This document shows positions 43,301-55,300 of a stretch of 64,000 nucleotides of DNA, in pieces. The stretch comes from Phoronis australis (taxonomy: Eukaryota; Animalia; Phoronida). The notes under the pieces are model-generated. The model was given only the letters and a program-made list of their open reading frames with translations, did not search any database and was not told the DNA's origin. The stretch lies in the NCBI GenBank assembly GCA_002633005.1, contig NMRA01000032.1, positions 1,034,911 through 1,098,910 on the forward strand, given 5' to 3'. Every line of letters begins with the position of its first letter. Within the stretch, counting starts at the first letter, position 1. Both the position numbers and the translations under genes were made by a program.

Positions 43301-46300
43301 TAGTGGATCACAAGCAGTATGCAGAGGGTCGTAATCTTTATCAGACCTGGATCAAGCAGGAAACGATGCAGTTGGAGTCATGTGATTCGATCAAGGGCAA
43401 CAAGGACACACTAGAAGAACATAACGATGCTCTGCAGGTCATCGTAGCACAGAAAGAGGCGGGACTGGTCAAACTCAACATGGCTGTCGAATGTGGCGAG
43501 AAACTCTATACAGACACATCGTCGAAAGGACGCGAGCGAATCAGACAGGAGATTCGTGAAATGAAGGACAAATGGGATGGTCTGTACACACGAGTTGGTG
43601 ACGTTCAGCGTAAGTTTGACTCGTACCTGGGACAGTGGAACTCATTTGCTGAAGACAAGGAACATTTGCTGAAATGGTTGGCCGAGACGGAGTTGACCGT
43701 GGAGAGCCTCGGTGAACTGAAGAATAGTTTGGCTGAGAAGAAGGCTCAGTTCCATAGGCAGAAGGTGAACAACTATATCTGATCTGTACATAATGTAAAC
43801 ATGAGAATCTCATTATTCAGTAGTATTTTAGAGTTGGTCAGTCTTAAATCATATTTTAAATGTGTGTATGCCATAGATATTTGTTTGAACATCACAAATA
43901 ATGAAGAGCAAATAATTTCCCACTGATATTTATGGCAACTGCATTAAATGAAATAGAAAATGGTTTATAAGGATTGCTATTGTATTAGTTTCAGGTGAGT
44001 TGCAATCAGTTTTCTTATAATTTTAAAACACAACATGTTATTGTAGCAGGTTATTTGAAGGCATGGGCCTACACTATGACAATCTTGGGTTTAACCGGTG
44101 GCATGACTTGTAGTATAGGTAACAAATCTTTAGCCATGTGGGTATGATTTGTATCATTTATCGCAGATTGAAAGTCTGTGTAATCGCCTGTGTAATAATG
44201 TGTCGTTACAATCTACAACGCTTTCTGTTGCAGTCCGTTCTTCAAGAGATCTTGTCACAGGGTCGCGTGATCGAAACGGTGATTGATAAAGCTCAGAGCC
44301 TGAGCCAGTCCACCGGATGTGCTGAGGTGGATGCGTTTGTACAAGACGTCAAGAAACGTTACGAGATTCTGTCGTCATCGCTGAAAGTAAGTGAAGCATC
44401 ACACTTGACTGTCCTGCCGTTGTCAGTCCTGTTGCATTTTAAATCACAGCTGTGAAAATTGAAATGTTTAAAAGTAAATCATAGGGTTTTGATAGAAAGT
44501 GCTTGGTGAGGACTAAAATCTTAAGCAGGCTAAATGTGATAACTATTAACATGGCAGGTTAATTATCATTTGCAATGGTAACAATGAAGAACAAACAGTA
44601 TAGCTCTACCAACAATGTTGGCTTCTACATTGTTGTTATTTAAGAGTTACTGCTTTGGAAATTTCTACAATCGGAAGTCACTATTACCTGTTATTAAATG
44701 AACAAATTTCAACCACAGTTGAGAATACTTGATACTGTCTCGCCAGTCTCTGTTTAACATGGGTGCAGTAAGAAGGATAATGTGAAGAAATAATTTGTAA
44801 CAATGAAGACATCTCTCGTTTTATTTGCACCACATGTAGACGTCAGTTTTGATTTCATTATAAATACTTGCACTGTATTTTCAGGAGCTGCATCAGAGGT
44901 CAGAGGCTTCGGTTCAAGACCACCAACAGTTCCAAGATACATACCAAGCTACTGTAGACTGGCTGGTCTTACTCAAGGATAGGCTAACCATTACCTCTGA
45001 CCCCTCAGGCGACCGTCATGCAGTGCAGAACAGATTGGACAGAATTAAAGTGAGTGCTTTAAACAAATGATGGAAATGTCAAGTTGGAGGGTACTGGACT
45101 TGGAATCCTTGTCTTTAAGATTTCATCTCTTTTGCTTTTGATTTTACTCTTATTTGATTTCCTCTTTCCTCGTTCTTATCTTTCTATCACACAAGCTTAT
45201 TTATTTGTGGAACGATATATCACCTAGAAAATTTTCCTATCATTGGTAATTCCAAGCACTGAGGGGATTGCTTGTGATATGTTCTAGTTGTAGCTAAGAG
45301 TATCTGCTGCAAATGTGAAATGTGGGTGAAGTATTTGGTTGCAGTCTGCATTTGATAGTGTTTAAACTGTCAACAAAGGTATTGCTTAGTTTTTCAGTTG
45401 AGAAGCGGTTCCATCGATGGATTGAACATTTAGTAAAATGATTGTTTTCTCCTGTTGCAGGACCTGGTGCAAAATAAACCAGAGGGAGACAAGAAGTTGG
45501 CTAACTGCCAGACTCTAGCTGACAAAGCAATGGTCAGTACAGCGCCACCCGGTAAACAAACGATAAATCGCGACATGGAACACTTGCGGTCAGACTGGAG
45601 TGAGTGCATGGGTCATATGATCAGTTGCCAGGAGCGCCTGGACACGTGCTTGAACCAGTGGAAGAGATACGAAGAGAACCATGGGACACTGTCGCAATGG
45701 GTGAGAGAGATGGAACGCAACGTCAAGGATTTCCCGCTCAGATCGACGTTGGAGGAGAAACAAGAGCAGTTGCAGAGATACAAGGTATGATTGGTCTGTT
45801 CAAGTGCAGGAATTGTATTGTATTGTATTATTGTATCGTATTGTATTATTGTATTGTATTGTCTTTTGGTTGGTTAGTAATCAAGTAGGTGTGGGGGAGT
45901 GTAAAATCTGGGGTGCGTTCCGTAGATGTGAGAAACTGATCTTCAAAATGTAGGCCACTCAAAATCACGTGACTTAAAGACGAGTGTTTCACGAGCATGC
46001 TCAGTGACATACCCCAGCAAAATGGCGATCTCTGAAGTGATTGGCCGGCAAGGTTGGAATCATGGTATAGAATATACTGTTTCCATACCATAAGCAAACA
46101 TTTCATACGACATGTGCTTTGCGAGTGTCTTGGGTCTGCGGAACGCAACTTTGTTGGTTGTGTGTCTAGAGTGCAATGGTTGTAAAAACAGGAGGTTGTA
46201 TGTATGGATTCACTTGAGGTCAAGAATTAGGTCAGTTGGTGGGTTCACAGCTGTGTTGGATTTAATGCAACAATAGCATTCTGTAGTCTGTAACAAAAAG

Positions 46301-49300
46301 TAAAAGAGCATTTTGTTAATATCTTGTTTTTTATTTTCCGTAATTTATGAGCAGCAGGTGAAGTAAATATAAACACGTCTCATGATGTTGTTTCAATCTA
46401 GGATTTTGAGCAGGATCTGATCACCAAACAGGAAGAGGTTTTACATGTAGGAAGTAAAGAAGATGTAAGAATTGCATGCTGGGTATTGTTGCATGCTATG
46501 TGGGCACGACTGTAATTTTTCCAGTCCATTGATAAAGCTCAACATCTGGTGGTGGTCTGAATGTTTTGTCTGCAATTTGCATACTTTAGCATGCAATGTT
46601 TGCAATCCTTTGATAAATGTCAATACATATCAACATCTGGTGGTGGTCTGAATGATGTTTCTGCAATGTGCATACTTTAGTATTCAATTCTATTAGTTCT
46701 TAATAACAGCTGCTTGCTTTTATGTGCCGAAAACATTTACTGCCACCTGGTGGCCATCGTAACTCATAGTGATTTTAGCCTCACTAGTGGTTGTTTTGTT
46801 GCTACTTGTTTCAAGCCGAGTGTTTCTGCCCAGTTTATTAAGCTACAATCTACTGATTGATTAGAGCAATAGAATTCTGTCATCAACAGCTTAATATTGT
46901 TGATGGTATATACGTGTTTTCTGAGGGAAAGGTGTGACTTTCTTAACAGTTGACTTTGAGTTTACATGGTCAATGCCTGATTGTATCGCATGAATTCTAA
47001 ATAGATGTAGAAAACACAGATTAAGTGGATCTTCGTCTTGTAGATTTTATATCAAATTCTTAAAGATGGAGTATTTATTTGTAAGAATAGGTGCACTCCT
47101 TGATATTCAACACTGCATGAACAGTACTTTGGGGCATTTGCAACTGCCTACCAGTTCTGCATGTCTTATGTTTTTGTGGTGCACTTTTCAACATGAACAT
47201 GACAATTTGGTAATGACTTCTTTTTACGTGATTGTGAATATTCTCCTTTCGTCTTCTGATAAGTGAGTGCATCACTTCTACGGTGATCATAAAAATCCAT
47301 CCACACGGGCTTATAAGTCAGTTTACAATAACTGTTACATTACATTTGCTAGCATATAAAAAACATTGCATTACATTATATTTTTTGTACAGTAAATCTT
47401 CTATCACTTACTTAGTGCACTATATCGCCCGGACTTGTTAAAGTCTTTTTTGTCGTATTTCTCCTCAAAAATTAACATTGAAAATTGTTTGGTCTGTTAC
47501 TAACACTATTTTGTACTGTGTAGATTTCATAACCCACAGTGTGGTAAAGTTTCCTTTGTTTCCAGCAAGGTTATTGGGAATAGTCGGATATAATGTGCCT
47601 GTATTTTGAGAACCAGTTTGATGCTTGTTGTTCAGAGAAAACTGGTTCTCAAAATTTGGGCATATTATATCCGACCATTACCAGGTTATCAGCCTTTGAG
47701 AAATTGAAAAACAGCAATTTTGACAGTTATTTTTGTGCGAAACAAGTGTCAAACTCTTATATTAAAAAACCCATACAGTTGGTTTTGCGTTTAACTTTGT
47801 TATCTTGTTATTAATCTCTGCTGTAAAACTACAGGAACTGCTTCGTTCCATTCGTGATGAAGAAGATGCAGTGGACGACTTCTCTGACCAGGCTCAGACC
47901 CTGGCCCAGTCCACATCAGAGACTAGGGTGCAAACTTACGTATCACAACTCACCTCCAGATATCAGGCCTTGCTGGGCACTGTCAAGGTAAGGGAACACT
48001 GTATGAGTTCTATCGTACAGAAATCTTGTTACAATTTATATATCCAAGCATATTCGTATGTTTTAAAAAGTTTGTGGGCTACCAGGTGCTCTTTAGCCTC
48101 GGTAGGGGTTGTGGTAGGAGTATATATTCAGCATTTGAGTGTCTGTGATATTTCTTAAATAGTTTAATGTAATCTGTTTGTGGTACGTGGGATTAATTGA
48201 GAGATTGATGCTCTGACATCTGGTGCTGTTTTTGAGGAATTTTGTTTTAAGATTGAACGATAGAAACATCTCCTCTCTGGGCAACCTTACAGTAATTAGC
48301 TGGCACATTGCATGGCCACTCTTCATGTGTTTAATTGCAGTCTATAGTCAAGGTGCTTATTAAGATTAATGACTGGATCATTTAAGACATTGCCTGTTTG
48401 TGCCGTGCTCACTCAAGAGAACTGGCATCATCAGTTTATTATCTCTTTTCAAATTCAATTTTTCAGGAAATTCTGAAGAAATGTGAGCAAAATGTCGCTG
48501 ATCACATGCTGTACCAACACACAAGAGATAACTGTTCTGATTGGTTGAAATCGACCAATGACAAGTTCCTCAAGTGTTCTGATGCTACTGGGAGCAAAGA
48601 TGAAATTTTGTTCAAGTCTCAAAAACTGCAGGTATGACATTTTCATCTGCAACTGGTAATTTCTGTTTTGGATTTCAGTTCAGTTAACAACTTCTTTGAA
48701 CTATATGATGTGTTTGTTGATTTTAAAATTCCTTAATTGAAATATCTGTAGAATCATTCTGTAATCTCTGTTGTATGACTTTGTTCAATAACTACTTAAA
48801 TGACTAGTTGGATGCAGTTATGGACTTGTGGCACAGCAGTGAGGTCTAGCTTTTCAACTGAAAGTAACGTGGATTGATTCCTGGCACGGACATTCCTATT
48901 CCTGCTGAATAATATCATGATGTATTGGCTCTTGTAACACATACAATATGAATACTAGTATTATGTATTGGCTCTTGTAATACATGCGATATGAATACTA
49001 GTATTATGTATTGGCTCTTGTAATACATGCAATATGAATACTAGTATTATGTATTGGCTCTTGTAATACATGCAATATGAATACTAGTATTATGTATTGG
49101 CTCTTGTAACACATACAATATGAATACTAGTATAAAAGGAAATCTATTGCTTCAGGAACTTCTTCAAGATCGTGAAACTGGGCAGCCTAAATTGGCACAG
49201 ACCACAGAAGCAGGTGAGAAACTCTACCCCAACACGACATCGGAAGGTCGTGAGGTCGTCCGCCAAGAGATCCGCTCACTCAAGTCTCAGTGGGACGCAC

Positions 49301-52300
49301 TATTTGACGGAGTCACGGGGGCGCAGAGGACGTTCGAGAACACTCTGATACAGTATAGCAACTTTGACGATAGCATCAAACAACTGGACCAGTGGTTGCA
49401 GAGGCGGGAGACGGAACTTGAAGGTGACCTTGAACTGAGGTCGACTCTGGAAGAGAAGAAGACACAGCTGCAATCACACAAGGTATGGTTCTGCTGGAGT
49501 TGTCAAGTCCAAAATCAAATCCTACTGGCTTTCTACTTTCACAAAGTGTTTACTTTTTCTGAATATACACTGCTGCTTATACTTGTATCATGAACAAAAA
49601 TACAATACATGTACAATCCTCACAAACATGCACACGAGGAAGTGGTGACACATTTCATTTGATTTCAGAGTTTTATTTTTTGCAGCTTTTGCACTTCGAA
49701 CTGAATCTAGCATTAAGATGGTTTTTATGGATGAAACTTTGTGTCATGATATGTATAGCTTGTTATTTGTCGTTTTACGGTTGTAAAATATGCTTGTTGC
49801 TGATTGCAGAACACCCTACAAGATGTGTTATCTTACCAACGTGTCCTGGATAATCTGTGTGACAAGGCCCAGTCATTATCCTCGGCCAGTCAAGACCAAC
49901 ACGTGAGAGAGCTAACCAACAGGGGGACTCAGCGTTATCAGCTGATCTGTGAACAGGCTAAGGTATGACTTAGTTACCATGTTGCTGGTGACAGATGATT
50001 TGTTGTAATCTTATGGAACAAAAATGTGTGTGGAGGGGGAGGGGAGAATCACGGTATGATTTATGAGCAGTGTTAAGCGTGACGGTTTTATAGCCGTAGT
50101 AATGACTTTCGGTTGCCCTTCCTTTCACTACCCCTATTACATGGTAAGGTTGGACTCAATCCATCATTTTTATATGGTCAGTTCTAAATGTAGGTACAAT
50201 AAATGAATAGTTTGCTCAGCTTTAGCAAAAAGTCACTAGCATTACATCATTTTCGCTGACTTTATTCAGTGGTACTGACGTCTGCTGTTTGTTATAATTA
50301 CACTATCTTCCTCTGCACAAAAGACAAATAGGCAAGTTCATGAAAATGTTTTTAGATTTTTTTGTTGTAATCTTGAAAATTGTTCACTCGCACACAAATA
50401 GTGTTGAATTACTTGTTGTGTTCACTCGGGTAAAAGTTTTTGGCAAACATTTTGCGAAAAAATCCGCATGACACACTTTCGCACATTTAATATTTCAGCT
50501 GTAGCTCTGTCTGGTGTTGAATTCTCAACTCACATTTGTGTACACCAGGTGTCAGCAGTGTGTATAATGCACTGTAATTTTGCAGGACAATGTCTCTCGT
50601 TATGAAGGATTCGTCAAGGACCACCAGCTATACCAAGACAGTATGCGCGAGTGCTCTGACTGGCTGAGTGACCTCCAAGAGCGCCTTCACATTTGCAGTG
50701 ATTGTACAGGAGATCGACTCACTGTTCAAAGCAGACTAGAACGGCTTCAGGTATGAAACCATGCTTAGAATTTAAAATCTCAAAATGTTGTAATTTTTTG
50801 TATGAAGTTTACTTTACGTTTGATGTAACAATAGTTTTGATTATTTCATTGGGAGCACTGATGAAGTTTGTTAAATCTATTTGACTTATGATTTTTGATA
50901 AAAAGTGAGTCAGTTCATTTGATTTACTGATATTTTTTATAAATTCCTCAGGAGATGTATACCTTGTTCTGAACTGTACTAAAAATGTCATCCAGAGGTC
51001 TCCTGATTTTTGTCCTTACTTAACAGATGTTTGAAAATTTAATTATGGGTGAATATTTTATCTTTTAACAGCGGCGGCGTGTAAGTTTTTGTGTCTGGCT
51101 TGTTGAAATGGAGATGTTTTGTCCAGAACGTCAAGTTCTTAGTATTTCCCCGGAGTCAACTGCTTTTATCTATGTTCCCCATCCTCTTGTCGTGATGAAT
51201 GTGTGAATTTTGAGCTTAAGATTGTCTTTGCCAAACTATTTTATTGTCTCTGACCATTTCTTGTTTACCCTTGATGATCTTACTTAGTGAACACGCAGCT
51301 AAGAGTTAATTTGCTCACGGTATATAATGTTGAGCTTCTCTGATAATGTGAAACCGGATGAGACAATTACAAAAAATAATAAATTGAATCAAAAATCAAA
51401 ATTTCATCCTCAAATGACAGATAAAAATATTTTCCACATTTATCAACACCCAGTCTTGACTATTGCTTTGCTTGCTTCATCTGTTTGAAGGAATTATTTG
51501 ATAAATATAGACTCAAGTTCTATCTTTATCTCGTTATTTTAACGTGAACCAGAAATTGTTCTCTTAATATTCAGGAACTCTGTCAGTAGTAATATGCCTT
51601 GTTGATTGACTACAATAATTATTAGCTCTGCCTGTAGTAAATTAGTAAACCTTTGTGGAATGACTACAAAAACTCGGTCGGTAGTAAATTTTAGTATGTC
51701 TTCATTGAATAACAACTCTATTATTTAGAAACTCTGCCAGGAGTAAATTTTAGTTCTCCTTCTTTCAGTGACTGCTTGTGTTGATTATTTGTGATATTTA
51801 AGGTCTTTGTCTAAACTGTCTTGACCTGTATTGAGCAGGAGTTCCAGTCTTCGCGCAGAGAGGGTCAACCAAAGGTCAGTCAAGTGGTCAAGTTATCAGA
51901 CAAGGTCCTCCCAGGCACCTCAGTGCATGGCAGAGATGTAGTCACTAAGGACACAACTGGACTGGAGAGAGACTGGCAACAGTTCTTGGACAACCTGTCA
52001 AAGGTAAGACGACATGAGGACTAGGAAATGTTGCGGCCTTAATTTGTTGATAATGATGAGAAAATGTTTTTTTTTAAGTCAGACTTTCTTCATTTTTAGA
52101 GGGCTGCTTAAACGAGGCTAAAATAAGTTTGAATTTGCAATTTAAGTCATGACCAAGCAGCCTATGACTGCCAATCTGGACGTAGTAGAATTGTGTTGAA
52201 CTAAGACCGTTGTCTTATTTCAGAGCTTGAGGAATTATTTCTTTATGGAAATCCTTGATGTACGTCATGTCCTCTATAATAGTCACCTTAGATGTGAACC

Positions 52301-55300
52301 ATGTTATAACTTGAAAAATACGGTCAGTAATTATTTGACTCCGAATTGTGTGTTTTGTTTCGCTAAAAACCATGAAGCATAATTGATCTATTTTTTACAG
52401 ACCCGTGATCAACTGGAGTCATGCGTCAGCCAGTGGCGAGAGTACGAAGACTGCTTAGACAAGAGCTCCACCTGGATCAAGGACATGGAATTACAGCTCA
52501 AGGAGGTTGAGCTGCAGCCAACATTGGAGCAGAAGAAAACACAACTGTCCAGCTTAGAGGTAGGAGTTTTAATAGGGCTTTGTAGTATTTACACATTGAC
52601 TGCAAAATACTAGTAGCAAGAACATGGCCAAGTTTTATTTATTATAATAATACAAATGTTTGTGATGAAATCTCAAAAACGCTTTTACATTTTTTTTGTA
52701 AATTATTGTACGATTGATGTTTTCTAGGAAACTCATAAAAGTCCAACTTTTGACATCCCTCGTGTAAAAGTGTGACATTTTAAAAATGATTTCTGATTGT
52801 GTATTTTATGACAGTGCATACAGCACAGTATCTGAAAGTATCGTGGATCCAGTCACCAATTGTTGAGATATGAGTTGACTAAATTTTGAAATTTTTCTAA
52901 GGCCCTATATTACCGTAATGAATTGCTGCATTGTTCTGAATGTTACAGGCTCTTCAAGAGGAGATATCATCATACTCACTCGATGGTGTATCAGACTTGG
53001 CTCAAGCACTGAGTCAAGTGAGTGGTGAGACCAGAGTCACTAGCCAGGCGTCACAACTCAACAATAGATATCACGTACTCCTGACACAGGTCAAGGTGAG
53101 CAGTGGTCCATGAGTTGAAAAGTGTTTTTGTAGAGCTTATTTATGTCAACGCGTAGTCAAGCTATGTATCTTTGGGCAAGCCTTCATGGAGTGGTGGTTA
53201 GTTGACTTCTTGTCCATACTCGAGTTAAGCTTGTCAAATTGAAGACTGTTTATTAGCTTTGTCTTAAATCAGTAGCAAAGTAGCTATCCACTCTTCTATA
53301 GCTCATTCCTCGCCTCTATGAGTATGCAGTCGACTTCATACAATGCTATAAGTTTTGCGTCTGTATTCAGCTTCTTTGTTTGGAAAATTACTGAGTAGAC
53401 AAGCCTTTTAGTTGTTCATTTTTGCATTTTTAAAAAAGATGTACATAGCATATGCATGAACATTGTAGAATTTTGGAAGAATCTGTGTACTGGTCCTCTA
53501 CCTGTGGTGGGTGTTGAGTCGATGAAAATTAATCTTGTTTGATGTCTGCTCTGAAAAGTATTAAATAAATGTAGATATCATGTTATGGTATTAACACAAC
53601 TCTTCAGACATGTTTTTATTTTTTCTTCAGGAACTTGTCCGTCGTTGGCATCAGTTTGTTATCGACCACGACAACTATCAAGACTGCTACAGTGACTGCA
53701 TGACCTGGCTACAGGAACTTGGTATGCAGCTGGTGCCATGCACCGACACCACTGGCGACAAGTACATCATTGAAGACAAGCTAGACAAAGTCCACACAGT
53801 AGAAACTGCGCGCGAGGACGGACTGAAGAAAATTCACGTCGTCAACGAATCTCTGCAGATGGTGCTGCCAAATACCTCTGTATCCGGTCGTGACGCCCTG
53901 CGACACGGGCAACAGACACTGCAACAGGTCTGGGACAACATGGGGGGAACGTTGTCGGAGGCGAAGTGCTCGTTAGAGGGCGCCCTTGATCACTGGAGTC
54001 TGTATGATGATGACACCAAGAGGCTGCAACAATGGCTGACGGAGACGGAAGAACAGCTGAAGTCGGAGATGGAACTTCAGCCATCTTTGTTGGATAAACA
54101 GAATCAGCTGGAGAAAGTTAAGGTGAGGTGTTGGCATTGTTACTATTATTATTGTTATTATTATTGGAGCCAGTGTTATTCTGAATAGTTACGTTGTAAT
54201 GGACTTTTTCACAGAGGAACTAGATTAATTTATATATTATGTCATATAAGTTGATATTACGGAACATTACTTAGTAATTATTAAGCTTAAACAGGGGTGA
54301 GGCATGACTGGGATACACAAATATCCATAACTTGCACAGAAAAGTTTTGCAGCACACTTTGAATTGCTTGTCTGAAATTCTACTGCACATTGCCATGCCT
54401 TTTTACTAATCGATTTTCTGTTTCATTGCTTTCAGTCACTTCAAAGTGCTGTTCTTAGAAACAAAGCCAGCTTTGATAATCTCAAATCTAAAGCACATGA
54501 CCTTCGTCACACCAGCAACGATGCTTCGTTGACTTTGGATGCTGAGAGACTGATCGCTCGTTATGAGACCCTAGTGGATTCATCAAAGGTAAGCACATAA
54601 AATGATAAACGGTTATCTCATCAGCTTTGTCTCAGTGTAATTTAAGGTAAAATATTATATATGGCTGACATGATGAGATGATGCAGTGCTGACTGTTTTT
54701 TTTAAATCTATGACCAACACTGTTTTGGTTAATCTTGTTGTCTTGAAAGTGCTAAATGGATGGGTAAAAGTGCACCTATCGCTACCTGTTAATCCGATTT
54801 CCTGACCAATAAGACTTTGGTAACTAAATTTGGATCATAACCTCCAATAACCATGTCTATTCATTGGTGAGTTTTAGAACTTCAAGGTTTTTATTTTTCA
54901 TTAATTTGCAAACCAAACTAATGTGATAGAGGGCACCACATAAGGATGCAATATCTTTTTTGGATGACGAGGCCCGTCACAAGTGATAATAACTAAGGAC
55001 ACCCTTTTATTGTATCTCTACAGGATGTGGTTGAGAAATGTGAGAAGGAGGTCAAGGAGCATGTGGCCTACACTGAGCTCCATCTGGCGGCTGAGGATTG
55101 GCTGACGGCGAGTAAAGAGCGCTTGTCTATGTGTTGTGACTGTAGAGGAGATCGACTGTCTGTTGAGGCAAATCTCAACAAGATACAGGTAAGGTTACGG
55201 TTATGTGACTGTGCTTGTTTGTTTGTTTCATGTATTTGGTGCTGTAATTTTGAAAGCATTTTAGAAGCGTTATTTGGTACTAGTTATCTGATGAGTAAAG

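Larger units (their letters stand above)
41783..43478. other. ~847-bp direct duplication separated by a single N (42630); probable allelic overlap at a contig join
   Basis: Copy A 41783-42629, copy B 42631-43478; exon parts nearly identical, intron more divergent. Confidence 0.85.

Noticed and set aside
48920-49133. CRISPR-like regular repeats (also 6460-6679)
   Set aside because: Head-to-tail units without unique spacers, inside eukaryotic introns; ordinary minisatellites
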